64,000 nt of DNA from a bacterium (GTDB lineage Bacteria; Patescibacteriota; Patescibacteriia; 2-01-FULL-39-33). Shown piece by piece: positions 27,930 to 38,110 of this stretch. Location: the NCBI GenBank assembly GCA_037130015.1, contig JBAXTU010000001.1, positions 5,153 to 69,152 on the forward strand, given 5' to 3'. Within the stretch, counting starts at the first letter, position 1. Each line of letters begins with the position of its first letter. Under the pieces are notes generated by a model. The model saw only the letters and a list, made by a program, of their open reading frames with translations. It was not told the origin of the DNA and did not search any database. The position numbers were made by a program, and so were the translations under genes.

Positions 27930-29256
27930 ACTTCAAAGCACTAATCGCTTCGCCGATATTTTTAACTGCTAAAATTTTTAGACCAGTGATATTTATTTTA
28001 TTGGTGGCCGGAATTACTGCTGAAACAAAACCCAAACGTTTGGCTTCTTTGAGTCTTCTTTCCAGTTGAGGCACACTACGAATTTCGCCTGACAAACCAA
28101 CCTCGCCAAGCAAGAGTGTTTTTTCTGGTAAAGTTTTTTCGGCGTAGGCTGAGGCTACAGCCAAACACACGGCCAAGTCAGCTGATGTTTCTTTTATTTT
28201 TAAACCGCCGGCGATATTTAAATAAATATCGTGATTGCCAGTATTTATTTTGCTATGCTTGGCCAGCACAGCGAGTAGCATTTGTAATCTGTTTAAATCA
28301 AAACCAGCCGAGCGTCTTTGCGGATAACCAAAAGAAGTTTTGCTAGCTAAGGCTTGCACTTCAATTAGAAAAGGCCGACTGCCTTCTAAAATCATGGTGG
28401 CGGAAATGCCAGGATTGGTCAGTGATAAATTTTGATCATAAAAAATTCCAGTCGGATCGGAAATTTCTTTTAGTCCACTGGCTGTCATTTCAAAAATTCC
28501 AATTTCACCAGTGGAGCCAAAACGGTTTTTGACGGTGCGTAATATTTTATAAAAATTTTGCGCGTCGTTTTCCAGATAAATTACCGTATCCACCAGATGT
28601 TCCAAAGTTTTTGGGCCGGCGACTAGGCCGTCTTTGGTGACATGGCCAATGGCGAGCACGGCAATATTTTTGGTTTTGGCTAGCGCCATAAGTTTGGCGG
28701 CTGAGGCCGTGATTTGCGAAACACTGCCGGCTGAGCCAGGGGAGTCTGCAGAATAAATTGTTTGAATGGAATCAATAATCAATAAGTCAGGTTTTTCCGC
28801 TTCGGCTGTGGCAATTATTTTTTCAACATTGGTTTCTGGTAAAAATAATAAGCGACTCAAATCACTGGTGAGTCGCACGGCGCGCATCTTGACTTGTTCG
28901 GCTGATTCTTCGCCTGAGGCGTATAAACATTTTTTTAGTTGGCCTGATAATTGCAAAGCCAAAGTTGATTTGCCAATGCCCGGATCACCACCAAGCAGTA
29001 AAAAAGAACCAACGACAATTCCACCACCAAGTACTCGGTCTAATTCATCAATATTAGTTGTCAATCTTTTTTCATTTTTTTTATCCAGGCGCGACAAATC
29101 AATGGCTTGAAGTGGACTGACAGCTGGAGATTTTTCTTTTTTTTCAATATTTTTTTCCTCAATAATGGTGCTCCATTTGCCACATTCAGTACAACGGCCT
29201 TGCCATTTGGGATATTGAGCTCCGCAGTTGGAGCAGGTGAAGATGGTGGTTATCAT
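27928..29256 (-). CDS. radA: DNA repair protein RadA/Sms
   Basis: N-terminal zinc finger CSNCGAQYPKWQGRCTECGKW. RecA-like Walker A GGDPGIGKSTL. KNRFG motif. Lon-like C-terminal domain. Confidence 0.9.
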   Translation of the reverse strand: MITTIFTCSNCGAQYPKWQGRCTECGKWSTIIEEKNIEKKEKSPAVSPLQAIDLSRLDKKNEKRLTTNIDELDRVLGGGIVVGSFLLLGGDPGIGKSTLALQLSGQLKKCLYASGEESAEQVKMRAVRLTSDLSRLLFLPETNVEKIIATAEAEKPDLLIIDSIQTIYSADSPGSAGSVSQITASAAKLMALAKTKNIAVLAIGHVTKDGLVAGPKTLEHLVDTVIYLENDAQNFYKILRTVKNRFGSTGEIGIFEMTASGLKEISDPTGIFYDQNLSLTNPGISATMILEGSRPFLIEVQALASKTSFGYPQRRSAGFDLNRLQMLLAVLAKHSKINTGNHDIYLNIAGGLKIKETSADLAVCLAVASAYAEKTLPEKTLLLGEVGLSGEIRSVPQLERRLKEAKRLGFVSAVIPATNKINITGLKILAVKNIGEAISALK

Positions 29257-29258
29257 TT

Positions 29259-30197
29259 CTAGTAGTAATTAGCTTGAGCGTGCCAGTGGCGCGTGTTTTC
29301 TTGGTAATAAATTGTATCTCCTATACGATAGCAAGGCATACTGCCACAAGGATAATTTCGTGACCCGCCATCATATACTCTGGTGCCATTAGTTTGTATA
29401 TTTTGATCTAATTTATCATAGCCTGCCTCGCCAGGTTTTCTTTGAATATCATAACAATTGTCATTACAGCCATAATGATGACCAGTTTCAGTACCGCCTG
29501 TCACATCAACCACACAATTAGTGCATTGCTGTTTTAGTCTAATGGCGCTATTTACGGCTGTTGATGCTAGGCCACCAACACAAGTGCAAGAGCCATTATT
29601 GCAATCTTGGCAATTACCTGATGAAGTAATATTGACACCAGCATTATTTAAAGCTGATCTATTGGCTGTTTCGTTAGTTGGTGTATTATTTGGAGATGGT
29701 TGACCAGTTCCGGTTCCAGTAGTTGATGGTTGAGTATCTTTATTACTATTATTGCTGATATTATTATTTAATGAACTTCCTCCACTACCTGGACTGGCAG
29801 CTGAGTCCACACCTGGTCCTAATTCAGGCATGGAAATAATTGTGAGCCTGGGATTAACAAGACTTAAAACAGTATAAGATAAAAAAAATAAAATTAGTCC
29901 GGCAATGGCCGAGATGATAATATCTTTGGCTTCGTTGATGGTGCCACTGTTGCCACGAGAGGTGAGCCATTTCATACCGCCCCACATCAGCATGACTGTC
30001 ACGAGCACGCCCACAACTCCGGCAAAAAATTGATACCACAAAGAAATATATTCATCAAAACTACTGACCGTAGTTTTTGAGCCTAGGGGTACATTGAGTT
30101 TGAATTCAGTAGAGGTGGCTGAAGCGATCAAAGGAAAAATAAACCAAACAGCAATAGCTATGGAAATAAATATTTTTAAATAGGTATTTTTTTTCAT
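29259..30197 (-). CDS. secreted/membrane protein with one VirB2/TrbC-like two-helix hairpin module and a Cys-rich C-terminal domain
   Basis: Signal peptide. Module WYQFFAGVVGVLVTVMLMWGGMKWLTSRGNSGTINEAKDIIISAIAGLILFFLSYTVLSLVNP is near-identical at DNA level to two modules in the next gene. Pro/Thr/Gly linker, then a C-terminal domain with more than 12 Cys. Confidence 0.5.
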   Translation of the reverse strand: MKKNTYLKIFISIAIAVWFIFPLIASATSTEFKLNVPLGSKTTVSSFDEYISLWYQFFAGVVGVLVTVMLMWGGMKWLTSRGNSGTINEAKDIIISAIAGLILFFLSYTVLSLVNPRLTIISMPELGPGVDSAASPGSGGSSLNNNISNNSNKDTQPSTTGTGTGQPSPNNTPTNETANRSALNNAGVNITSSGNCQDCNNGSCTCVGGLASTAVNSAIRLKQQCTNCVVDVTGGTETGHHYGCNDNCYDIQRKPGEAGYDKLDQNIQTNGTRVYDGGSRNYPCGSMPCYRIGDTIYYQENTRHWHAQANYY

Positions 30198-31455
30198 TTT
30201 AATTTATTTAGTAGCCGTTTTCTTTGTAATAATTATAATAACCGCCAGCAACACTCTCATAATTTTTGGTTTCAGCATAATCATTACCATGACAGCAATT
30301 ATATCTCATGCCATCTTGACAATCAACACTTGGAGCTACTGCATTTGGGCCACCATTGTAATAAGCAAATTTATCAGGCAAATTTAGGGGTTTGTTCGTG
30401 ATTGGGTTTTTAATATCGTTTGCTTGACTGAAATAGGCAGCACCAATTGCTATATTTTTCTCAGGATTAGCCATTAGCCAGTTACCGTCTATTGATGAAG
30501 CGTTTATACTTGAAAAATCTGCTCCATATTTTGGGTCTTTAACAACACCTTGGGCCGTGCCTGGTAAAAGTTGTGTTAATCCAAAAGCATTAGAGCCACT
30601 AGGAGGAACATTAGTATTGCCTCCACTTTCAATAGCTACTAAAGCGCGAAGCGCATTAGCATCAACATTATATTTATCAGAATAAGTGTTTATCCATCCA
30701 TTTATTTCAGGAGACATAGCGGGTGGTTTTAGTGGAGGCATGTTAGATAAACTTGGGTCATAAGATACGACACCAGCAGTAGCATTACTGCAATCAGCAG
30801 TGGACCTATCATTGAGTTTGCCACCGCCAGTATTACCTCCTCCACTACCACCAGCGCCACTTCCTCCACTTGCCGAACTAACTCCCGATCCTGGACTAGC
30901 AGGTGAGGCCACGCCCGGTCCTAATTCAGGCATGGAAATTTTAACCAATTCCGGATTGACCATATATAAAATAGTATAAGACCCGAACATTATAATCAAT
31001 CCGACGATAGCAGAAAAAATTGTGTCCTTGGCTTCATTGATAGTGCCACTATTGCCACGAGAGGTGAGCCATTTCATACCGCCCCACATGATCATGACCG
31101 TGGCCAAAACACCAATAACACCAACTAAAAGTTGATACCAAAAACCGATATACTCAGGAAAGCTGGCGACTGTTTTGTTATTGCCTAGTGGTACATTGAG
31201 GCAAAATTCACCAGCTTTGGCTGTACAGGCTTGAACGCTAGTAGAGGCAGACTTGTCTGGCATGGTCATGGTAAGTAGTCGCGGATTTACATATTGTAAA
31301 ATAGTATAAGACAGCATGACGAGCACCAAACCAATAATGCCGGAGAAAATAGTTTCTTTGGCTTCATTGATTGTGCCACTGTTACCACGAGAGGTGAGCC
31401 ATTTCATACCGCCCCACATGATCATGACTGTGGCGATGATTCCCACTATGCCCAC
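29840..31455. repeat. three near-identical roughly 200-bp modules encoding the two-helix hairpin (about 29840-30040, 30925-31140, 31240-31455)
   Basis: Shared string gccacgagaggtgagccatttcataccgccccacat recurs at about 29950, 31050 and 31390, with flanking similarity. Confidence 0.8.
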
Positions 31456-32004
31456 TATAAAATTGTACCAAACATTTACATAATCAGCGAAAGTGCTGTT
31501 GGTGAAATCTTGAGCCACTCCGGCTGTGAATTTGCCGATAGTGACATTGGGAGTGAATTGTATTGGGGCGGCTGGAGTAGTTGGGGTTGGGGCGGCTGGA
31601 GTAGTTGGGGTAGTCATGCCATTTGTTCCAATTACACCGTTATTGAGCAGGTTAGATCCTGTATTATAATCTTTGCCATTAAGTTGTTTGGCAATATAAA
31701 CAAAGTCTTTTGATAAGTTTAAACTATCCAGATTGGAAACATTATGCCACGGGCCATATATAGTATCCCCAGTGTAGCTGTGATAATACCATTTGCCACT
31801 ATCGTAATCAAAAGCAAAAAGTTCCCGTGCGTTAGCCTCCTTGCTATCAACAGTTATTATCGGTGACAGTTTTAAAGCTAAAGCATTATTTATTGGTAAT
31901 AAAACAAAAAAAAGATTGCACGCCAAAAACAAACCCAAGGTAAAGGCGAAGATTTTTTTGCTTGTCTGCCGGTAGGCAGGGTTTTTCTTATGTTGCTTTT
32001 TCAT
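30208..32004 (-). CDS. VirB1-like lytic transglycosylase (SLT domain) fused to two VirB2/TrbC-like hairpin modules
   Basis: Two copies of ...IVGI.G..ATVMIMWGGMKWLTSRGNSGTINEAK.TIFS.I.GL......SYTIL..VNP. SLT motifs ALVAIESGG and AFGLTQLLPGTAQ, then AYYNGG near the C-terminus. Confidence 0.6.
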   Translation of the reverse strand: MKKQHKKNPAYRQTSKKIFAFTLGLFLACNLFFVLLPINNALALKLSPIITVDSKEANARELFAFDYDSGKWYYHSYTGDTIYGPWHNVSNLDSLNLSKDFVYIAKQLNGKDYNTGSNLLNNGVIGTNGMTTPTTPAAPTPTTPAAPIQFTPNVTIGKFTAGVAQDFTNSTFADYVNVWYNFIVGIVGIIATVMIMWGGMKWLTSRGNSGTINEAKETIFSGIIGLVLVMLSYTILQYVNPRLLTMTMPDKSASTSVQACTAKAGEFCLNVPLGNNKTVASFPEYIGFWYQLLVGVIGVLATVMIMWGGMKWLTSRGNSGTINEAKDTIFSAIVGLIIMFGSYTILYMVNPELVKISMPELGPGVASPASPGSGVSSASGGSGAGGSGGGNTGGGKLNDRSTADCSNATAGVVSYDPSLSNMPPLKPPAMSPEINGWINTYSDKYNVDANALRALVAIESGGNTNVPPSGSNAFGLTQLLPGTAQGVVKDPKYGADFSSINASSIDGNWLMANPEKNIAIGAAYFSQANDIKNPITNKPLNLPDKFAYYNGGPNAVAPSVDCQDGMRYNCCHGNDYAETKNYESVAGGYYNYYKENGY

Positions 32005-32198
32005 TATTTTTGTTGCACTGTGCTGATGGTGCCGGGAATTATTATTGTTGTGGGCTCAGTTGAAACAGGTGAAGCTATTTTTAGTGGTGCTTTATAAAAA
32101 ACAGAAATAGCGGCCGGTATACTTATTAATAAAAAAATAAATATTAAAATAAAAATTATGATTTTTAAATAATCTGTTGGTTTTTTGTCTTTGGTCAT
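32004..32198 (-). CDS. small single-TM protein (64 aa)
   Basis: Hydrophobic core IIIFILIFIFLLISIPAAISVF. Its end is overlap-coupled (ATGA) to the start of the SLT gene. Confidence 0.35.
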   Translation of the reverse strand: MTKDKKPTDYLKIIIFILIFIFLLISIPAAISVFYKAPLKIASPVSTEPTTIIIPGTISTVQQK

Positions 32199-32203
32199 AT
32201 AGT

Positions 32204-33448
32204 TTATGGCAAGGTCACTTTATAAACACGATTGTCAGTGGTATTGGTATAAAAAATAGTTTTACCATCAGGTGAGACACTCATTTGGCCGATGGTGGTA
32301 TTGGGATTGGCTACCATATTTTCAGCGCCGGTTTTTAGATTAATTTGATAAATACTTTCTGGCAGGCCGTCTGCAATATTTGGTTGAAGTCCTGCGCCAT
32401 AGGGCAGATTTTGTGGCACGGAACAATAGACATGATCAGCGTCGCCAAAAGTGCATTTGTTGCCCCAAGTATTGATGCCGAGTGCTTGGCGATTATTGCC
32501 GATAGAATCAGTGCTGGCATCGGCCACCCAAAGAGTGGGTTGAAAATTATTGCTGGGATCATAGACGCTGTACAAAACTTTACTGCCATCAGGTGACCAT
32601 TGGCCACGGAAGTCACGACCTTCAACAATCATGAGTTTGAAATTTTCATGATTTTGTCCGACAAAATAAACATTTGATCGGCCTGCATCACGGCCTTCAG
32701 AAAAGGTGGCAATCACTTGATTATTGGGTGACCAAGCTGATTGGAATTTGTCTTCTACTCCGCCAATGTCCTCTATGCTTTTGGCTTGAGTGCCGTCATA
32801 ATTGGCAATGGCTAAAAAACGATTTTCTTTGTCCAAGGCAATACTTTTAAAAACAATTTGGTCGTCTCTGAGAGAAAAAGAAAAGTCAGTCCAATGGCTG
32901 GGCAAGGTGATTTGTTTGTCAGTGGTGAAGTCATACATAATTGTAGAGCCATCAGGATAAGTTAGGACGGCACGGTTTTTGGTGTTGCCCCAAGTGACGC
33001 TTTGTACATTATGAAAAATTTTGTCACTAAAGGCTGTTAATTTTCCGTCAGTGCCCAGAATATTAAATTTACCAGTGTCAGGATTATAATAAATAACTTC
33101 ACCTTTACTGTTGGTGGTGGTAAAAAATGAGGTTTCTTTGGTAATGGCTTGAGATTCTCCGGGTGCAGTTGATGTGACTATGGTGATTGGTGGAGTGGTG
33201 GTTGGAGTAGTTGGAATGTTTTCGGCAGGTATGAGCTGGCCGTTGACATTAACAAAAATTCGGCCATTAACATTGATATTGCCGGTCGGTGGCAAACCAT
33301 TAATGTTGGCGTTGTTGACTACTGGCTGATTAATCATGGGAGCAAACAAAGTGCGCCAGAAAAAATAATAAATCATCAGTCCCATTAAAATGGCCGAGAT
33401 AATAATCATAGCAATGATGCCGATTTTTTTCCAATCAAGTTTATTCAT
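32204..33448 (-). CDS. TolB-like PD40 beta-propeller protein, membrane-anchored
   Basis: N-terminal TM. Repeated PD40-type motifs WSPDGSKVLYSV, VSPDGKTIFYT, WSPNNQVIATF. Confidence 0.55.
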   Translation of the reverse strand: MNKLDWKKIGIIAMIIISAILMGLMIYYFFWRTLFAPMINQPVVNNANINGLPPTGNINVNGRIFVNVNGQLIPAENIPTTPTTTPPITIVTSTAPGESQAITKETSFFTTTNSKGEVIYYNPDTGKFNILGTDGKLTAFSDKIFHNVQSVTWGNTKNRAVLTYPDGSTIMYDFTTDKQITLPSHWTDFSFSLRDDQIVFKSIALDKENRFLAIANYDGTQAKSIEDIGGVEDKFQSAWSPNNQVIATFSEGRDAGRSNVYFVGQNHENFKLMIVEGRDFRGQWSPDGSKVLYSVYDPSNNFQPTLWVADASTDSIGNNRQALGINTWGNKCTFGDADHVYCSVPQNLPYGAGLQPNIADGLPESIYQINLKTGAENMVANPNTTIGQMSVSPDGKTIFYTNTTDNRVYKVTLP

Positions 33449-33478
33449 AAAATATTTATATTTATTTGTTTATAAAGT

Positions 33479-34729
33479 TTATTGCCCGGTAGCTTTTTTT
33501 ATAACTTCCGTTGCTACTCCTGCCTTAACTCCTTCTCCGGAAATAATTCCTTTGGTTCCTCCTTTGACTACATCCCAATAAGTCCAATTACCATTAACAA
33601 ATTGATAACCTCCATAAATGATGGCCGCGAAAATACTAGCCACAATCACATCCAAAAGTGCCAACAAAATAATTTCAATCCATTTGGCCAGTTCTTTGGG
33701 CATCCATTTGCCTATCAAATAATCATCGCCGAAATCACACACCCAGTTGGGAAAAACATTAGCCACCACCAAGTGACCATTAAGATAGAGTAGTGAAAGA
33801 AAAGTCCAATCCAGCCAAACTGAGCCCCAAAAAGTGGTGAGTGAAACCGCGCTGGCTTGTTTGACACCAGCACTGGTTAATTTTTTGGCTGGGTCTTCTT
33901 TGTCTTCTTTTGATTTTTCAGATTCGCTATTTTCTTTTGATTTTTTATTTCTAGCTTCATTAATTTTTGAATTTGGATCGTTGTTGGCTGTGTCTTCCTG
34001 GTCATTTTTTGCCGGGTTTTTCTTTTTGTCTTCATTTTCTTCATTAGTAGGAATAGGTTTAGCTTCAGGAGTTTTGCCTCCTTCGTCTGCTTCTTTACCA
34101 CCGCCTTTTAAGTCTTGCTGGGGATCGCCTTTTTTTTCTTCGTTATTATTTTCTGATTTGTCTTTTGGCGCCAAACCTTCTTCTTTCATCAATTCTTGAG
34201 CTGCCGGGCTGGCATTATCAAATTGTCTTTGTTTTTGTTCATCGTCTAATGGAGCTTCTCGGCCAGTAATATTGGCCGCATCATCAACCATTTTTTTGTT
34301 GGGACCACTGACGCCACCGCCTAGTTTTGAAGTGTCTATATTTCCTTGTCCAGATTGGGAATTTTTTTCCTGTTCCAGTCTTTTGGCATTTCTAAGTCTG
34401 TCTAATTCATGTTCTTGATTGTCTGGTTGATAAAGAGATTGTTGCTGGTCGCCATAAGCTGACAGGGGAGTATTGGGAGTGTAGTTTCTTGGAGATTGCC
34501 GGCTTTGAGCAGATTGATTAGTATTATCTGACGCTTCTTGTTCGTCATTTTCTTCATCGCCTTCCGATTCTTCATCTTCTTCTTCATCTTCGTTGTCTTC
34601 ATCATCATCTTTATTGTTTTGGCCGGGAAATTTCAGGATATTATCAGGTTTTTTACGGCCAGAATTAAAATTTTCGTCAGCGGACGGATTTTGTAATTGA
34701 TGGGCTAGATTGTCAGATGAAGAGGCCAA
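33479..34729 (-). CDS. acidic intrinsically disordered protein with C-terminal two-TM domain
   Basis: Roughly 290 aa of D/E/K/N-rich low complexity (DDDEDNEDEEEDEESEGDEENDEQE), then hydrophobic helices (WLDWTFLSLLYL..., IEIILLALLDVIVASIFAAIIYG). Confidence 0.5.
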   Translation of the reverse strand: MASSSDNLAHQLQNPSADENFNSGRKKPDNILKFPGQNNKDDDEDNEDEEEDEESEGDEENDEQEASDNTNQSAQSRQSPRNYTPNTPLSAYGDQQQSLYQPDNQEHELDRLRNAKRLEQEKNSQSGQGNIDTSKLGGGVSGPNKKMVDDAANITGREAPLDDEQKQRQFDNASPAAQELMKEEGLAPKDKSENNNEEKKGDPQQDLKGGGKEADEGGKTPEAKPIPTNEENEDKKKNPAKNDQEDTANNDPNSKINEARNKKSKENSESEKSKEDKEDPAKKLTSAGVKQASAVSLTTFWGSVWLDWTFLSLLYLNGHLVVANVFPNWVCDFGDDYLIGKWMPKELAKWIEIILLALLDVIVASIFAAIIYGGYQFVNGNWTYWDVVKGGTKGIISGEGVKAGVATEVIKKATGQ

Positions 34730-34758
34730 ATTTTTTGATATAAAAAATAAAGACAGAA

Positions 34759-37218
34759 TTATTTTTCTGCCTTTATTATACCATTTTTTGCTGTGACAAG
34801 TATAGTGTCACCTGGGGAGATCTCATCACGCAATATTTTTTCTGATAATAGTGTTTCAATCAGCTCTTGAATTGTTTTTTTAATACCGCGCGCGCCTTGT
34901 TCTCGGTCGCGACTATTTTGATTTATCAGTTTAATGGCCGAATTATTAAAGTTAAGAGTAATATTTTTTTTGAGTAATCGCTGGGAAATTTCCATCAGTT
35001 CTAATTTGACGATTTTTTCCATTGACGCATCATCAAGATTTTGAAAATAAATTATTTTATCCAAACGGTTTAGAAATTCAATTTTGAAATGATTTTTGGC
35101 TTGTGAGTATATTTTTTCTTTAAAATCAGTGGAGTCAAAATTGGCAATTTCGCCAAAACCAATGTCGCCTTTGCCCCCAAAAAGCTCTGAACCAAGATTT
35201 GAGGTGAGTATTATAATCGTATTTCTAAAATTTATTTTGGTGCCACTGGCATCGGTGAGGTAGCCATCGTCCAAAACTTGCAAGAGCAAATCAAAAACAT
35301 GGGAATCGGCTTTTTCAATTTCGTCATATAAAACCAATGAATATGGCCGGCGTTTCACTTTTTCTGTGAGATGCCCGCTTTCTTTGTAGCCAACATAGCC
35401 GGCTGGAGCGCCTATAAGTTTGGAAATATTGAATCTTTCGCTATATTCTGAGGCATCAACCCTGATGAGCGCTTGTTCGTCGCCAAATAAGGCTTTGGCC
35501 AGCGTTTTGGCAGTGTGTGTTTTGCCAACGCCTGACGGGCCTACCAAAAGAAAAGAGGCGAGTGGTTTGTTTTCCGGGGTAAGTCCGGCTTTGGCTCGTC
35601 TGATAAATTCGGCGATGCTATTTACCGCTTGATCTTGGCCGATAATTTTTTCGCCTAAATGTTTGTTTATATTTAAGATTTTCTTTTTTTCTGACAAAAG
35701 CAAATCATGAAGAGGCATGCCCGTGACCCGAGAAATAACTTTGGCAATATCTGTGGCTGTTATTTGGCCAGTGGTTTTTTCTTTTTTATTATCAATTTTA
35801 TTTTTTAATTGTTCCAGTCTGGCAACAATTTTTTGTAGCTGTTCTTTTTGAATAATAGCACTGGCAAAGTCTTCTTGTTCTATGGCTGTTTCTTTGGCAG
35901 ATTTTACAACTGCTAATTGTTTTTGCAAATTTTTGAGTTCTTTTTCGGTTGTGGATAATTTTTTGGCCACTTTTATGCCAGCCATGGCTTCGTCTATCAG
36001 ATCAATGGCTTTGTCCGGCAAGAATTTTTCCGGCAAATATCTGTGGCTTAGTTCCACGGCCGTGTAAATGGCTTCATCAGAAATGGCCACGCCATGAAAA
36101 TTTTCAAAATTTTCTTTCAGTCCATGCAGGATTTTTTTGGTCGCCTCAATGCTTGGTTCGTCAATTTTGATAGTTTGAAAACGGCGTTCCAGGGCTGGAT
36201 CATTTTCAATTGATTTGTGATAGTCGGCAAAAGTGGTGGCACCGATGCAACGAATTTCACCTCGCGCCAAAGCTGGTTTCAGGATATTGGCCGCATCCAT
36301 AGAACCACTGGCCGAGCCAGCACCCACCAAATTGTGGATTTCATCAATAAATAAAATTATTTCTGGCCGTCTTTTGGCTTCTTCTATGACTTGTTTGAGT
36401 CGTTGTTCAAATTCACCGCGATAAATCGTGCCAGCCACGGCCGAGGTGAGATCAAGCGTATAAATTTTTTTGTCCAACAAAATTTCCGGCACTTGGCCCA
36501 GACTGATTTTTTTGGCCAATCCTTCCACAATAGCGGTTTTGCCAACGCCAGGTTCGCCCAGTATGAGGGGATTATTTTTGAATCTGCGGGATAAAATTTG
36601 AATAATGCGTTCAATTTCAGCTTCACGGCCAATGACCGGATCAATGTTTTCTTGGAATTTTTTATTGGTCAGATTGCGTCCTAAAACATCCAAAATACTA
36701 GTTTGGTTTTGTTTTTTATTTTTTTTGCGATCACTGACACGAAAGGCCGCGGTCACTTCCGGCAGTTTGGAAGCGCTTTTTAGTAGTAGAGTTGTTTGCT
36801 CAACAATATCAGTTTCATTTATTTTTAAAAGTTTAAAAAGACTTTTAATATTTTGATTTTCAATTTGAATAATAGAGGCCAGTAAATGTTCTGTGCCTAT
36901 ATATTGATGGCCATTGGTATAGGCGATTTGTACGGCTTTTTGGATTAAAGTTTTGGCGGTCGCCGAAAAAGCTGGATAAATATCGTCGCTGTTGGCGGTT
37001 TCTGTTTGGCTAATTTTGGCAATTTGATTTTTTACTTCTTCAACTTTTATTTCCATGGCCGTGAATAATTCCGCGGCCACACTGCCACGCTGACTGATTA
37101 GACCATACAAAATATGCAAGGGTTCAATTTGCGGTTGTTTTAATTCCAACGCCAAATCAGCTCCTTTTTTTAGGGAGTGTTTGAAATTATTAGAAAATTT
37201 ATTCAGGGTTTCTTTCAT
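34759..37218 (-). CDS. Clp/Hsp100 AAA+ chaperone, ClpC-like ATP-binding subunit
   Basis: Clp_N repeats. AAA1 Walker A GEPGVGKT and Walker B DEIHNL. AAA2 GPSGVGKT. Short middle domain. 819 aa. Confidence 0.85.
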   Translation of the reverse strand: MKETLNKFSNNFKHSLKKGADLALELKQPQIEPLHILYGLISQRGSVAAELFTAMEIKVEEVKNQIAKISQTETANSDDIYPAFSATAKTLIQKAVQIAYTNGHQYIGTEHLLASIIQIENQNIKSLFKLLKINETDIVEQTTLLLKSASKLPEVTAAFRVSDRKKNKKQNQTSILDVLGRNLTNKKFQENIDPVIGREAEIERIIQILSRRFKNNPLILGEPGVGKTAIVEGLAKKISLGQVPEILLDKKIYTLDLTSAVAGTIYRGEFEQRLKQVIEEAKRRPEIILFIDEIHNLVGAGSASGSMDAANILKPALARGEIRCIGATTFADYHKSIENDPALERRFQTIKIDEPSIEATKKILHGLKENFENFHGVAISDEAIYTAVELSHRYLPEKFLPDKAIDLIDEAMAGIKVAKKLSTTEKELKNLQKQLAVVKSAKETAIEQEDFASAIIQKEQLQKIVARLEQLKNKIDNKKEKTTGQITATDIAKVISRVTGMPLHDLLLSEKKKILNINKHLGEKIIGQDQAVNSIAEFIRRAKAGLTPENKPLASFLLVGPSGVGKTHTAKTLAKALFGDEQALIRVDASEYSERFNISKLIGAPAGYVGYKESGHLTEKVKRRPYSLVLYDEIEKADSHVFDLLLQVLDDGYLTDASGTKINFRNTIIILTSNLGSELFGGKGDIGFGEIANFDSTDFKEKIYSQAKNHFKIEFLNRLDKIIYFQNLDDASMEKIVKLELMEISQRLLKKNITLNFNNSAIKLINQNSRDREQGARGIKKTIQELIETLLSEKILRDEISPGDTILVTAKNGIIKAEK

Positions 37219-37222
37219 TTTT

Positions 37223-38107
37223 TTACGCCATTTCCCTTAATTTTTTAATTCTGTCATCAATGGGCGGGTGAGTGGAAAAGGCATTGCTCATAAAGCCGGC
37301 TTTTTTGAAAGGATTGGCAATATACAAATGAGCTGTGGCGTTATTGGCATGAGACATTTGAGTGCTATCGTTTTTTATTTTTTCCAAGGCATTGGCTAAT
37401 CCGGCTGGGTAGCGGGTGAGAAGCGCGCCAGAAGCGTCGGCTAGATATTCTCGTTTTCTGGAAATAGCCAATTTGATGAGTTCGGCGATAATTGGAGATA
37501 AAATAATAAGTATAATGCCGACAATGGCCAAAATTGCACCTAAATTGCCTTTGTTGTCATTATCACTTCTGCTACCGCCAAAAAATCTTGAACGCCAAAA
37601 GAAATCAGCGATAAGTGTGGTGACTCCCACCAGAATAATGACAATCATCATAAGTCTGATGTCATAATTTTTGACATGTGATAATTCATGGGCAATGACG
37701 CCTTCTAATTCCTCGTTTTCTAAACGTGCAATAGCGCCGGTGGTGATGGCGATTGAGGCATGTTTTGGATCACGACCGGTGGCAAAAGCATTAATGGCTT
37801 GATCATCAATTAAATAAATTTTGGGCATTTGCAATCCTGCTGTGATGCAAAGATTTTCTACCAAATGATAAACTTCTTGGTTGTCTGATTCTTTAATTTG
37901 TTTGGCGCCGGCCGTGGCTAGGGCCACCTTATCACCGGCAAAATAGCCAAACAAGCTCATAAAAATAGAAATAATAATGGCAGAAACAAAAATGCCAGCG
38001 TCATTAAATGAATAACTCAAAAACCAACCCAACCCAGAAATAAGCAAGGTAAAAATAATTATCAAAAGCCAGGTTTTTCTTTTGTTGGAATCTATTTGAT
38101 TATACAT
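37223..38107 (-). CDS. htpX: M48 zinc metalloprotease HtpX
   Basis: HELSHV zinc-binding motif, NAFATG, four TM helices, about 290 aa. Confidence 0.85.
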   Translation of the reverse strand: MYNQIDSNKRKTWLLIIIFTLLISGLGWFLSYSFNDAGIFVSAIIISIFMSLFGYFAGDKVALATAGAKQIKESDNQEVYHLVENLCITAGLQMPKIYLIDDQAINAFATGRDPKHASIAITTGAIARLENEELEGVIAHELSHVKNYDIRLMMIVIILVGVTTLIADFFWRSRFFGGSRSDNDNKGNLGAILAIVGIILIILSPIIAELIKLAISRKREYLADASGALLTRYPAGLANALEKIKNDSTQMSHANNATAHLYIANPFKKAGFMSNAFSTHPPIDDRIKKLREMA

Positions 38108-38110
38108 TGT

